Shown: one piece after another, positions 13,257 through 27,200 of the stretch
Layout: each line of letters opens with the position of its first letter
Position numbering within the stretch: position 1 is the stretch's first letter
From: Callorhinchus milii
Lineage: Eukaryota
Reading direction: 5' to 3'
Length of the DNA stretch: 54,049 nucleotides
Assembly: GCF_018977255.1 (NCBI RefSeq)
Contig: NW_024705332.1
Coordinates: 1 to 54,049 of the forward strand
Made by a program: the position numbers and the translations under genes
Notes under the pieces: model-generated
What the model was told of the DNA's origin: nothing
The model's database searches: none
What the model saw: only the letters and a program-made list of their open reading frames with translations

Positions 13257-13491
13257 CAGGTTTCCCTCTCTTTATGCGGTTTCAGTTTGTGCGATTTCGC
13301 ATGTATGCGGCTAACCCATTTCTACCCAAAATAAAAAAATATGCGGTTTGAATTCACTCATGCGGCTACGAGGTCTGATGTGGGACAACATTGTGTGTAC
13401 TTTTGAGCTACTCGGTAGGCAGCTGTCTCGTGCGACTTTGCTTTGTGTGCTTGGTTGGAATGCGTCGACCGCATTAAGCAAGGGAAACCTG
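13257..13491. mobile_element. Tc1/mariner (pogo/Tigger-like) MITE
   Basis: Imperfect 24-bp TIRs (CAGGTTTCCCTctctttATGCGGT versus CAGGTTTCCCTtgcttaATGCGGT on the opposite strand), with a TA dinucleotide on both sides; 235 bp and non-coding. Confidence 0.8.
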
Positions 13492-14859
13492 TACATCGTT
13501 ATCATCATTGTTTAATCATTATTAACACACAACTTTCTCATAACCTGTCTTCATTCACCATCAATGGTTCACCATCCATAGTGAATTAATACATCCTTTG
13601 GGAAAAAATATATAACAAGGAAATACACAGTGAATCACGTGGTATTTTACATAGCCAAATATGTTCTTTACTGCCGGTTGGTTGGCATTTGACGTGTTGT
13701 GTATGGACAGAAGGTGGCTTGTTTTCAGTGTTGGTGTAATCTAGCAGCAATTTAGATTACTTGGTGACTGAGTTTTAAGACTGCTGCATTAATGCCCCGC
13801 AGTGCAACTTCATTACTGCTGGTGCAGGAAACCCAGTAAATGGACTCCATTTAATTGCGGTAGACTTATTTATGAAGTGAAAAATATATTTTCCCCAAAT
13901 TTCTTACAGTTGTCACGAGACAAAAAATACATTCGGAGATCTTGCAGAGCAGTGGGGCCCACGTCAAAGAATGCCCCATGGAACATATTTTTCATAGTAC
14001 TGATAAATACTTTGGTTGACCTTTTTATCCTTTACGCAGTTGGGGGGAGCATTTTTCCATAAGCTCTGCTTGAAATTATTAGTTACATGACAGCCATACC
14101 GATATATATTTCTAATGTTGACATTTTGCCAAATGAAGTGTTAATCCATATTTATATGATTCAATGGTAACGGCTGCGACAATCAACTCACTCTACTTGA
14201 GAACCTGCTTTTAATCATTGGCAGCTGTTTGGATTCTAATCTCGGCTCAGCCGTGCCAGCTCAATGCTCTGATCTATATCCCACTTATAACCACCTTCTA
14301 TTCACATTAAATAAACATATCTCACATGTTTAGTTTATATCATATAGGCACTGCAGTGCTTTTCAGGTTGTATTTGTAACACTTTCAATTAGGGTATTTT
14401 TCGATTTAAAATCCCCACAACATTTAGAACTGGGGAATGGGGTGGTTGTGGGAAGAGACCAAAACACTCAACACATTTGTCTGTGTATTATTGGATCAAT
14501 GGTTTTGTAACAAATTGACCCGTGTGTGTGATGCATACTATAGTAGGTGGCAGTTTTTATTCTTTTTGAGAGAATTTGTGCTATAAGTTGGAAATGTTTA
14601 AATAGAGATGTTGCTGGTTGTATAACACGACTACAGTGTGCATATTTAAAGAATGGAAAACAACTCTCCAAACATGCTGCTAATATTAGCAGTAATCAAA
14701 TCATGAATACATTTTGAAGGTTTAATTAGAAAATACAGTCAGGGTCTTGGTCCTATTAGGGACTGTGTGGTAGTGTGTAAGAGCACAAAACAATAATTGT
14801 ATTCAAATTTTCATACGCTAATTTGCATATTGTATTACCTTAAAATGTTTCCATTACAG

Positions 14860-14976
14860 AATCGACAGCGTACCGGATAAACTCGAGTGATTATCAGATG
14901 GAGATGACCACTTACCTGCCAGCAGGATTTACTTATCGCCCAGACCACATTTGTCCAGAGCGACTGCCATCCATGA
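14860..14976 (+). CDS. B4GALT5/B4GALT6: B4GALT5/6 coding exon 3
   Basis: Acceptor tttccattacag and donor gtaaga; 117 bp, phase 1/1. Encodes (E)STAYRINSSDYQMEMTTYLPAGFTYRPDHICPERLPSM, matching TT.LPE.FTY...CPERLPSM. Confidence 0.92.
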
Positions 14977-15988
14977 GTAAGAATTCATGCATATCACTTC
15001 AGCTATTTTCACCCAATGGCCCAATGGCATGGCTGAATGCCCACTACAGTTGAAAGAAAATCCATTCTGGCTAAATATCCCCAACCTAGTCAACCACCAA
15101 AAGAAATTCCAGAAATGATTTTATTCATATTTTATTTGTCAAGAGTCGGTGACCATGTAGGTATAGATAATACTGACAGGTAACAGCTTCCCTACAGCAG
15201 TTGCCACTGCAGAGCGGGAACATGAAAACTCGGGCAGTCTTCTAGTAGTATAGGGGCCTTGACTCCTGACCACCGTCCTTTTATTTGCATATATTTTTTT
15301 ATGCTTTTGGGTTTTTAAAGCAAGTGGTCACATTTATGTTTGCCATATTGCCTACCATCATCCTTGTAATGCAAAGTGAGGGAAAAAGGGCTTGTGCAGC
15401 TCAACTCAGCTATTGTGAGCCAAGGATATGTTTTCGAAATGCCAAATTTCTATAATTTTAATGTGGTCACCGGTTATAATTTTTGGTATTGCATTAATTT
15501 TTGGTCTGAAATGCATTCGACCTTCAGAAACCACAACTATTATTTACACCTTGAGTGTTTATGAAATATCTCATTTCATTTTGCTGAAAGAAATTTGTAT
15601 TAGCTTTTTCATTATCTATTTGTTCATTTTCATTCTCATTTTGTTGGTTAAACCGTATGTTTAATGCATACAAACACGTTTGCATGTTGGTTACAGTGAA
15701 TAATTTGTGACTAAAAATGCACTCTAAGATGCCACATCAACGTTTCATGAAGGCTAATTGCATCCGCTCACAATCAGCTCAAATAGCTCCCACAGGCAGC
15801 ATCCCACTTTTGCTTTGTAAGCACTAAAGACTTAATCGCTCAACATTTGTAAATGGGAAAAACTGCATGCGTACAAGATCCCTATTTAGTTGAACATGTT
15901 TTAACTTGCAACGGAAGTCGGGCATAATAAGCACAGGTGATACTGTTCTAGTCGGTGGCACTCGACCTTCAGCGCAAGCATTCGGTCA

Positions 15989-16006
15989 TGTGTGTGTGTG
16001 TGTGTG
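15989..16006. repeat. (TG)n microsatellite in the acceptor region of exon 4
   Basis: tgtgtgtgtgtgtgtgtg directly before cacgtgtgccacag. Confidence 0.9.
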
Positions 16007-16020
16007 CACGTGTGCCACAG

Positions 16021-16145
16021 AGGGTGAGATGGAGGTGAATATGAGCGAGGTGAGCATGGGGGAGGTGTCTCGCCAGCTGGCGCGCGACATGCATATCGAG
16101 CCTGGTGGATTCTGGAGACCCTCGGATTGCCAGCCTCGCTGGAAG
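16021..16145 (+). CDS. B4GALT5/B4GALT6: B4GALT5/6 coding exon 4
   Basis: Acceptor gccacag and donor gtacca; 125 bp, phase 1/0. Encodes (K)GEMEVNMSEVSMGEVSRQLARDMHIEPGGFWRPSDCQPRWK, with the family motif GG.W.P.DC.PRWK. Confidence 0.95.
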
Positions 16146-19100
16146 GTACCATGTAGGGTGTGGCCGTTTTCTTTTGCTAGCAGAGGCTCAAGCATAACGC
16201 AATGGTTGGAGAGCCCCACGCAGTTGTTGCAAGAGCCGGTGGTGCCTTTCTTTCACTAAAATAATATTGAGCCATTACAAAAACGCTCATGAAAAACCGT
16301 GAACTCTTTCACTTGTGCTGCTTTGTGTGTGCATGCTTGTGTGCGTGTTTGTCCCTGTTGTTTGTATTTGTATGTGTTATATTTGCTAAGCTTGTCACGG
16401 AACATGCAAACTGGAACATTTTCATTTTTAGTATTTTTGTTGCTGTTTCAGAATAATACATTTTCATGGACACTCTACATGGATACACACTCGTCGGTAA
16501 ACTTGAGAATTTGTATTGTCACTCTGAGGTAGAAATAAGGGAAGATATATGGTTTATATAGAACAGATGGTTCCTCTATACATGGTTTGTGCATCATTGA
16601 GTCAGTGATCCATACCCAAAAGGCTAAATGCATGAAGGCAAGATATATTGTGCTCGCAAATTAATGCTCACAAATCAGTGCTCATTAGAAATAAACAGGC
16701 ACGGAACAACGGTGGATTTTTTTCGGACAGTGTCCACTTTGTGAATCTGTAAAACAAGATGGAAGCCCTTTTGTTGTGACCAATAATGGTTGTGAACAAT
16801 TGGCTTGTAGTAAGATAGTACAAAAAAGACCATTGACAGCTACAACTGCACATCCTGCCATGTAGCATGGCATTGTGAAATCTTGCCCGACTACCACAGG
16901 CATTCATTTTACTTGCAGTTAAAAAGCCTTGTCCTGTGGTATTCAATGTGATAAATGGGCGAAGTGGCAAAATTTGACTGACCATTATTTTTTATTCATT
17001 GGAAGAATGCTTCAGTGCTAATTATTTAATTCATAAAGCCATTTTTAATGTTGTTTTCAATATAAACCAACAATCGGTTTCACAATTAAACCATTGTTAT
17101 CTTCTTAAATTGTTCATCGTGGTGTATGTGCTCAGACTCGTGCATGCGTTCGTTAAATTTGCTTTTATAGAAAGAAAAACACAGTTCATCTGCAAAGCGT
17201 TGGCTGCAAACAGTAATTGGAATTGTAGATAATATTGCAATTTAGATTGCAGTTTAGTTTTATCTTTCTTTAAATATGACGTTTTAAACAGAATATTTAG
17301 AATAATTATTTGTTTCTTTTGTTGCATTTCTGTTAAGCCAGAATGGGCATTTTAATTAGTCAGTGAATGTGCATGGGAAAGTAAAGGATTATAGTATTGG
17401 TAATGAAGATGGATTGAGTTAATTCTGTTACATGTACAATTTATTAAAATTCAGGTGGCCTAGTAATGTGCACTATGCTTCTGGATTTAGAATTACCAAA
17501 TCAAATCTAACCTCACCCTGTCATATGTCCACCATCTGATAATGCTAATTTATATATGAAATATCTGCTGCCTTTGTTTGCATAGACGGACTTTTTATGG
17601 CAAACTGTACAGTGTTACTTTCAGTTATAAATTAAAAAAAATTCTCACTATCTGAATATTTTACGGCACCTGACAGCCCAATACTAAGCTCTGTGGGTTC
17701 CTCCTCGACTTGATTTACGGTATTCAGAATCACCACTCGTCAGGCTAAGCCTTGCCCTACCGTCTTGATTCCAAAAATGCAATCGCAGTCCTGACTAGGA
17801 ATTACGAGAATCACACAGCTCTACTCTAAATATATAATGTTTTTTGTTCATGATGATGACACTTGGAATAGAATACATGCATATTTCATTAATTCAATGT
17901 TGACAGTATTTTGTATTACTTTGTTACAAAGCATTTTTGAATTGTGGCATATATCTTACGATAATAATTCGAGCAGACGTGTAGCATGTTAAGTTAAATC
18001 AGTGGATGCCTTGTTCAATGTCCAAATATTCTAGCTCAGGAGTTCCAACGAAGTGTTCGTGGCTTGGCTGTGCTGCCCTGGGTGACCCTGAATTATAAAG
18101 GAGGTTGCTGCTGGCATTGGCGTGTGGCTTAAACAAATAATTTTATGGGGAGCCAGAAAGTGTTTGCACGACAGCCTTATGACCTGTTAATGTTTTTTTG
18201 GTAACATTTTTTGTTGGCCACGCAAAAAACAGATCTCACAATGAATCAGCGTGTACTCTGAGATTTAAAGTGTAAGAGAATGAGCACTTTGTGTTTCGAA
18301 GCACGTGTGTTGCTTGTTAATAGCCTGTAAAGTAGATAATGGCTCAGCTTTGTGAATAGAGTACTCTGTGTTATGTCCGGCCTATGCAGGATGTTTTAAC
18401 AGTTGAATGGATGAGGGTTGCTCACTGCAGTAATATACAAAAATTGTGGCAATCTATCAATAAAGTGTGCACCATGCGTACTCTTTGCGTCTCAATCCTC
18501 GCCTTGGTTCGTATCACCAAAAATCTTTATTCAATTACAGCTGCTTCCACGGTGACAGCTTGTGTTAATGGCTGTTACTGTTTAAGCTGTCATAGTTATC
18601 CAGATAATGTCAGCGTGTTACATTTTGTATGCTACTGTATTCTGCACAAGATGTGAGCGTGTTCTTTGTTAGTGGATTTTTTTTTACATTGTCGACTCAT
18701 CTCTCAATGTAATTTCAAGAGAATGACTTGTTATTTCTAGTTTCATCTCCCTCCCAGTTAGTGTAATCCTTTGTCAATTCTATTGTGGTTAGTGACAATA
18801 TATACAGGCATAGGAACACATTGGATATGAAAGAGGAAACTTTCACTTCTGCCTTACAGGCCTCTATGTGATACTTTTTAACAGTTAACTCAGTGACTTT
18901 CAACACTGATTGCCCAATAGTAAACTTATGAATGCTTAACAATGTTTGACCACATGTACTGCTGTCTGGAAAATGGCACCAATAGCAGAAGTTGATACAA
19001 GTTAGAGGTTGCTTCTGATAGTGTTGTTTATAAAGGGAAATGTATTTCTCTTTATTTAAGTATGATGAAAAAGCTATTCATTGTTTTGTATATCTATAGT

Positions 19101-19975
19101 TGACCTGTATGTCTAGTCTTTAAACACAATAGAGTTCCTTCAAAAATCTCAAAAGAAAGGTTTTCATGGTGGTTATGTTTAGCTGTATCCTAAATTACTT
19201 TACCATTGTATGTTTAACCATGATACAGATTGCATTCTAATGAAAACGCTTAACGTTTGCAATGTTCGCACAATTATAGTACAATTAAAATTGCTACTCG
19301 TGGCTTTGAAAACAATGCATTTGCTTACGTGGCGCTGTATTAGCTTAGTGAGCAGAAATGAAATTAAGCTTGTTGAGTTGTGTGTTCATTCACATGTGTG
19401 ATTTATGTGCTTTGTATTGACCAAGCATTGCTATTGTTTTGTATCACAGTTCTTACTATCACCATTGAATACAGTTGTGCACTTTTTAAGCCAGTGGTCT
19501 TGTACAACACACTTTTACACTGCTATCGTGTTTTTGTATTGTTGTAACGTTCGGACCTGCCCCGACTGGACATCTCTGAAAAAGAGCTGTGTAGCACATC
19601 GGATTCCTCCAGTAGAAATTAATATACTGATTCTGATTAATTTTTACCACTGGTTTACCAATAAGTGAAACACACTTCAGCATTTTCCTGAAAACCATAA
19701 TCACTCGTTTAAGACATCAGTCTTGAACTATTTGAATTCAGAGGGAAGGTAGCCACCTTGTTAGCACTGTCGTCTCGATCATTTGTGCTTGTTAGTTCAT
19801 AGTAACCATGAAACACATTTTTTTTTCATTCGCCTGATTGTCTGAAAATGTGCCTGCGTTGCAGTTTGATCTCACGCGCACATGATTACCTGCTCAATCA
19901 CCCACCTTGCACACCTCCTGTCCTCGGTTCCAATTCTGAGCCTTTGCGCTAATTTTTATTTTTGCAAACTCACAG

Positions 19976-20280
19976 GTGGCAATCCTGATCCCCTTCCGCA
20001 ACCGGCATGAGCATCTGCCCATCCTACTCCGGCACCTGCTGCCGATTCTGCACCGCCAGCGGCTGGAGTTTGGCATATTTGTTGTGGAGCAGGCGGGTAG
20101 CCGACTCTTCAACCGTGCAATGCTCTTCAATGCGGGCTTCATGGCTGCACTGCGCTCATACTCCTGGGACTGCTTCGTGTTTCACGATGTGGACCATGTG
20201 CCTGAGAATGACCGTAACTACTACGGGTGCAGCGCAATGCCTCGCCACTTTGCTGTCAAGCTGGACAAGTATGCCTACAA
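19976..20280 (+). CDS. B4GALT5/B4GALT6: B4GALT5/6 coding exon 5 (GT7 catalytic domain N-half, with the DxD motif)
   Basis: Acceptor aactcacag and donor gtgagt; 305 bp, phase 0/2. Encodes VAILIPFRNRHEHLP...FNRAMLFNAGF...WDCFVFHDVDHVPENDRNYYGCSAMPRHFAVKLDKYAY, which are hallmark GT7 motifs. Confidence 0.97.
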
Positions 20281-20345
20281 GTGAGTGAGGGATGTGGCTG
20301 TTTGTGGAGCACTGCGTATGTGTATTCTTGGCCTGTACTGTTGTA

Positions 20346-20430
20346 TCATCATCACCACCACCACTATCAACCATGAACAATCCACTGCTGGATGAAGGCC
20401 TCCCCAAGCCATTGCCATCTCTAATGGTCC
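20346..20430 (-). mobile_element. 3' tail of an RTE-clade LINE or RTE-dependent SINE
   Basis: A (CAT/CAC)n tract followed by ccactgctggatgaaggcctcccc, nearly the same as the tail of the RTE fragment at 50695-50750. Confidence 0.6.
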
Positions 20431-21017
20431 TATGATACAACAGTCAACGATATATTGCTTCATCAATTAAAACATTGATGCTAACACATATGCTCTTTGC
20501 ATTAAATAATGCGGGAGCGAATTGTTTATGAATTCTCTAAATTATATGCAAGTTATCTTATGTTACATTTAGGCAAATTAAGAGAAAACGGCTATAGAAA
20601 TTCGATAAAAAAAACACGAGGTAAAACATTGTCACAAGGACTCTTGGAATACAATATGACCCGAATCTGGATAATTAAACAAATCACTGGTAGGGGGTAT
20701 AGTTACATGGCCTACTGTCTTCAATAACTAAAACTGATTATCATACTTTTAGTGTGGTGATTGGAAGTTGATGGTTACATTGTTTATAACATTTACGGCT
20801 TTGATATCCATTAGGCTGATTTTTTTGAAACACTTGTCATGCTGAAATGTTGACTACCATCTAACAATCACATCAATAACAAATGGTGCAACCCATTTAT
20901 ATACATATACCACGTGTGTTTTGATATGTACCAAAGCTTTGTTTGAGTTGTCATATCGTATGAACATTGCTATGGCTTTAAGAAGCCTACACACAACTTC
21001 ATTGTACATATACCATA

Positions 21018-21060
21018 CTAGCTTTACTACCCGGCTTCGCCCGAGACTTGGATTCTTGTC
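21018..21060 (-). mobile_element. Possible Helitron 3' terminus
   Basis: The minus strand reads ...cgggcgaagccggg-tagtaaag-CTAG then T: a GC-rich imperfect hairpin about 10 bp before CTAG|T, as in canonical Helitron ends. Confidence 0.4.
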
Positions 21061-21254
21061 TTGGATTAACACACGGCCTACGAGGAGGGTGGGGGAGGAT
21101 GCGTGCCGTCAGCAGGCACACTGCGTGACGCTGCCACATGCGGGTGACATCACAGATGTTACGTCACCGATGTGAAGTCACCACTCACTTGCCACGCAAA
21201 ATATATCCATTATTGCGCCCCCCCCATTACAAAAATATTTTTTTATACTTTTTG

Positions 21255-21284
21255 NNNNNNNNNNNNNNNNNNNNNNNNNNNNNN
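21255..21284. other. Assembly gap (30 N)
   Basis: Run of N characters. Confidence 1.
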
Positions 21285-24200
21285 TTAGTGTCACGTTACA
21301 CTCTCCGGCTTTAGTCATTCTATGGAAACATGTCCTGTGAAGTGGAGGGCTCAATTCAGAGAGGGCGTTCCGGGCTTTCATACGTCCTATACTTTAGTGC
21401 GGTGGTATAAAGACTTATCTCATGATCGTTCGCCGTCAGATACGCCCGTACCCATATTGTAGCACATGTTTAGGTTCATCTCGAGTCCGAAGTAAGGTTC
21501 AGTGGGGATCCACGAATATATTGTGTTTACACGGGGCCAGTTAGGTAGGCGGAGTTTCTGGGCATCGTGTTCAAGTGTTCCGAGACATGTGGGCGTTCAT
21601 GTACATGCGGGGATGAGAACCTCCCCCAATCCTCGAAGCATTCTAAAACACGAAGAGCCCGAGTCAGACGAAGGGCAACCTGCTAGCAGAAGTCCCCCGT
21701 AAAAGTGCAGTGCGTTTTTGCCTCTCCACCCGAATTCTAGCGGATAACCATCTCAAGCAAAAATTCGCGAAAACGGTCCGTATGGGTAGGTTCCGAACTC
21801 GGCCGTCTGACGGCGACTTAACAGTGTGGAAGCTATCCGTGACAGCACCGGCACCCAAAATAAACGGAATCGTATCTATCCATATGTTGAACAGTGGCCA
21901 TGGCGATTAGTAGAGCATGTTAAAACCCGGACCCTCCGATAGTAAATATTCGGAGAGGTAAGTAATACCTACCACAATGGTGTCGGTCCCATTCCATTCA
22001 GGATAGCACCTCCTCAACATTCGTCACTGAAGGCACAGATTCATCAAAAGTCAGGGGGGCAGTATCTGCGGTTTTCCTGCCCCAAAGCGGCGTGTAGGAA
22101 TGGGGCCGGAGCAGACGACTTCAGATCGTGCTGATGGAGGCAACCGTCCGTGGTACTCTATAACTTACATGTACGACATCAGTTGAAAACCACAGCTGTC
22201 AGGTCTACGCTTATGATTTAATGGTGACGTAGTCTCTGTGGCCTAGGTTCAGGACCTTGTCCTGTACCAACCACGGCGACTGAGTGACAAGAAACCTAGA
22301 ACAGGCCCGAGCCAACGTCCCACAACTGCTAAGCGCCCTGCTTATTCAGGTGAGCTTGGGGTACCTGCGGCTCCATGACTTTGCTGATATACTCATCAAT
22401 TCGGATATCGTATCCTAAGAGAGCAAGTTTGGTGCAAGCGCCGAAAGGCGATCAATTTTGTATACAGAGACTCTTCGATAATACATCTTGTTAGGGAACA
22501 CGATAACACGCGAGACATAAGAGATGGTGGGTATCAGGCTACCGGTTGGAAGGCAGACGACTCTTCGTAGACCGTAGCCTGTCAACACAGGAGATATAAA
22601 CAAAAGTAACACCTCAAGCTCGGCTCTCCGAAATACTTGAGGGGAACGGATCAGACACCCATTGAGGACTCTTCTCTAGATCTAGCGAACGGCAAAGTGG
22701 GATGGCGTGTGCACCGTAGCATCCCGGGGAGCCATAAGGATTGAGAATCTGTGGCTCCTCGTTTCAAAACGATTTTAGCCATGCTACTAGTTCTCCCCAA
22801 TTATGTTGCTTAATATTATTAAGGGGAACGAAGGGGACTCAGAGATATCTTTATCCTAGGCTAAGTATACGGTAAGGTCACTGGTGCAATGATCACGTCC
22901 AGCTCATTGTCTGTCGGGCTGGAACGCCTAGAAGGTCATATAAAAGGTAGGACAAATATCTCTGACTGCATATCTGGACGGTCTCGATTATAACAACTGC
23001 CGTACAAGGGCATGACGGAGTATGAGAATATTCCCGATGTTAGCAGCATGTGTGCTCCCACGAATTCGGCCCTCAACCGCACCTGCAGAACCCGGCCATT
23101 GCGCAGCAAAGATAAATGCCATGGGATATTGTTTCCTTCCACGAAGCGTGGCATACCGACTCTTGCGCGTGTAGCTGCCTGCTTGGTCGATTACGTCGGC
23201 AATACCGGTGAACTCGACCTCCTTAGGGAGCAATAGGTCGTCTAAAACAAGAGAACATGACGAGGTGTGACAAAGGTCAGGTACTCTTCTTTTAGTGTTC
23301 TCCCTAAAGAATTGATTGGCGGTGCATAACCAACTGGGGAGTAATTTGCAATTTTTCGAAGCGTTTCAGCCAGGCTTTGATGTTATTAGAGGCTATTCTT
23401 TTTTATGTTGCGGATCGGTCAGATGGAATCTCTAAAGGTGGATGGGCTCTGGGAGTCGGAGCCGACAGAAAGATTATCCCTGTCAGTGGCCGCAGACTTA
23501 TGTAACTTCAACTAAAAAATTCAGATTGACTTCAAAAGGAAGAATCGCGAATCTAAGCAATGGTACTCTAACGATGGCCGCTCGTCTAAGGGCAAGGGTT
23601 AGTGCATATTCTAATTGATTATGATGTTTATACCAACAATTCACGATAAAGTGACATATATAACGGGTATCTACAATCGTGGATAGCATCTCCTTTTATT
23701 ACCGAGTCGGTACGATCCTCAAAACCAAGAATTCCGTTACGAGTCCGACAATCTGTAATCAGGGTGTAATACTGTGGGCCAAAAATTGTCGACTCTCTCC
23801 CGCTCACTGCCCACGTAACGCGTAGATAATATGGGCTCAATCTAAACGTCCTGTCGTGTCCGCAGTTACAGAATGGAATAAGGGATAACGCCAGGATTCT
23901 ATAACATCGCAGGCCCTCGGGTCAAGAGTGGTCCCATAGGGGACACCCCTGAACACGCTTGCCCATCAGGTAAGTAGTACCTTTTAGTGACCCGGTCATG
24001 CATAAGCCGACCACGCCGAATAGCCGAGATCGTCTACGTCCAATTAGAGTCGGAGTCCACTAACTAAATACCTTTTGTACGGAACCATCCGAGGTGATCA
24101 TGTCTGGACGCTACGACCGACCTTATTTGATTTGTGGACGATACATTCTGTGTCGTGACCCGCGCAAATGAAGGTGGTGGTGCGGTACAGATAAAGACTC

Positions 24201-27200
24201 GATCACAGTTATAGAGGAATGATTACGGGGATGAGGCTTCTCTACTCGGTTGTTTCCGCGAGCGTCCGAGCACTGTAACGCTTTTAGCTAACCGATATAG
24301 GCCGGCGTGCCCTAGAACTTGGTATCTTGGGGATTAAGTGACGATGGTCGACATACACTTCATAATTATGATTAGCTATATAAATTAAAGAACGATAGCC
24401 GCCTTAGACTCAAATGGAACGCTACACGAAGCCCGTTGACCTGTATAGTGTCATAGGATCTAAGGGGCTGTGACCAAATATCTGTAACTTCCTGTGTCGC
24501 CTATGACAGATGTCACACGTGAGAACTCTGTCAATTTTGCTCCACGCCACGGCCCTGTTTATCCTGATATCTATTATCCTTTAATACTCGGCCCCTGGAT
24601 CTGCCCCATTCACCGTGAGGCGCTTAACTACTTTACTAGGCTTAGCCCGTGGGATTTGGCGTATCAATTCTCCGACCGTCGAAGACGATAAATTAATGAC
24701 GGGCTTAATTTACCTTGCGTTTCGATGAGTATAGAGCCAATACACTACACCAGAGTAGCTCTTTCACCGATGCCTAGCAATGGAGATAAATGTGTTCAAC
24801 TAGGATCCAGTTAGTTAAATAGCATGTAAACTTCGTTCGCATCACGGAATGCTGGTTTGTTAACTTCGCTTGTTAAATGCTTCGGACCATAACCGGGCTT
24901 TCGGGCAAGTACGCAGCATTTAAGGTGAATGGTCAGGGATATCCGCTCGAAATACTGTAAAATTGAGCTGCCAGACCCATCGTGGCGATATGTAGTGCTT
25001 GGGCGTGAAGGGTGAACCGAACGCTTGGTTGCAAACATGAGTGATCCACCACTCATAGCAAGCGTTTTCTTCGATAGCCAGTAGTTCAATCCTAGGCAAT
25101 TACAAACCGCGGAGAAAGCATTGGAGAAAACTGTGTGCCTCACAGTTGGGATCTTAAGGACCGCGCATGGCTCAGGTTCTGGCCTCCGAGTGAGTAAAGA
25201 GCGGGAACAGCGAGTTCAAGTCAAGTTCGTCCGCCTTTGCAAATGCCTTATTTCTGCGAGCGAATGAAATTACATATTAGAGCCCACGCCAACCGTTTTG
25301 TTAATTGTACGACAAGATTAAATGTTTACTACCTAGTCCTAGCAGACGTCGTAGTTGGTCCCTTTAGGATTCTATGTCATGGTCCCGGTCCCGCGATGGG
25401 CTCTTGCTAGTAGGGCATCCTGCTTCAAGCACGCATTTACTTCGGATTTTCAGACAGCTTATACCTATCAATTCCAAACTCCTTGCGTTAACACTTTCGC
25501 CCACCGGAAAGTGATCGTCGGAAACGTTCTACGATAAATTATCTAAGGTTCACTTAACATCGGATAAACAGTTCCGTAACATAGCGTAAGGGTTCGAAAA
25601 GCACACTTCCGTTCATATTCTGCTATTATGCATGCGTATCAGATGATTCCTCTACCCAGGGACGGCTAGTTTCCTCAATCGAAAACGGGGTTGGTCTAGG
25701 GCACAAAGCTTCGTCAGTCCTCAACGATTTTAGATATGGATCCTCGGTATTGCGCGTTAGCAGGGTTCGTGGCGGAACAGATCTGGAAAGTACTACTAAC
25801 AAATGTGCAACCTCCGTGAAATATAACCTACTTAGAAGTTGTCGGTCGTCGGATCGTTAAGCACACGTGGTGTGTGCATAGATTATCACGAACGTTGCGC
25901 GACACGCGAGATCAGCTAAGGAGTGAGGTTAGTATTATATCGCATGTGACATAGTAAGGAGTTTAATCTGGGCATACAGATCATGCTAAGGGTAGCTAGG
26001 CGGATCCCTATGCCGAATACCGAGACACACATTATATTTTCGCAATTCATCGCAGACGTCGTACTCGGATTTGAGTGAATCCGGAGGGCAAATTACATGT
26101 AACTGGTGATCCGAGCTCGCCATTACGCGGCTCCCATTGCCGAAGCGCTAGACGTTATCTAACGACCTATTCAGAAATTTTCGATTGTTGGAGTATTCGA
26201 ATGAGTTCCGCATGAAAGCCCGTAAAATGTTAGGAATTCCAGGTCAGGAATACCATTACAAACATGTAGCGAACTCGGTTGCAGAGTTCTCTCGCCCGAG
26301 TGGAGGTCGTGGACGTCAATGAAAGTGGAGTAAATTGAGTGTTCGTTGCCCCTCCGAGTCTGTTGATAGTCCTTGGGCCTACCCGTTCACGCAACCCAAG
26401 CTGTATAAAGTAACAGTTACCCGCCGATGGGGCGGGCGCATCTCCGAAAATAACCGGTCGGCGAATACTCACAGGAGGTACTTTGGTGCATTATTGTCTA
26501 CAATGGCAGTCACGAGGTGTAAACCAGAGAAGTCGCTGGGTTTGTGCTACAGCATGGGTACTTTGATCGCTGCAATTGGAACGTGAAGTACTGTGTAGTG
26601 CATAGATATGGCAACGTCATATACCGAAACTTCCTTCCGTCTACATCCACACAACTACATTACTTACCCGAAATCCTTAGCAATGTGTGGGGGATGTTCC
26701 TGGTGGCAGCCTGGAGATGATGGCCTCACCCGAAATACTAGAATGGATTATTTTCCTCGTGAGCGAACCGCCCGATAATTTTCGGGGAGGTCTTCCTATT
26801 ATCTTTTAGGTCGACAGAATACCGAGTGGTCAACCATACATTGGTAGCGCTCATACCTTGCAAGGTCAAAGACATAGATGTTCAAGTATACCTAATCTAG
26901 GTGCAGAGTGGGTAGGCGCTATTCCGGCGTGCAACGAGAGGCCTGCGACGGCTGACGGCAGGTCTCTAGGCGTCTCGCAGAATGTTTTTCTGTAGGCCCA
27001 AATCCGACTACTGCGCTGCAACCCTCCCTCCTCGCGTGCCTAATGCTCGCGTGTCAAGGGAGCGACTCTTATGAAGTCGTTCATGAGACCCTGTTAACCC
27101 TGCTTACGCCTCGAACGAAAACTATCTACCTAAACACCGATTACGACAGCTTTTGGGCAGGGCGTGCGTACGATTAAACAACGTTGTATTTCAACGGGTT

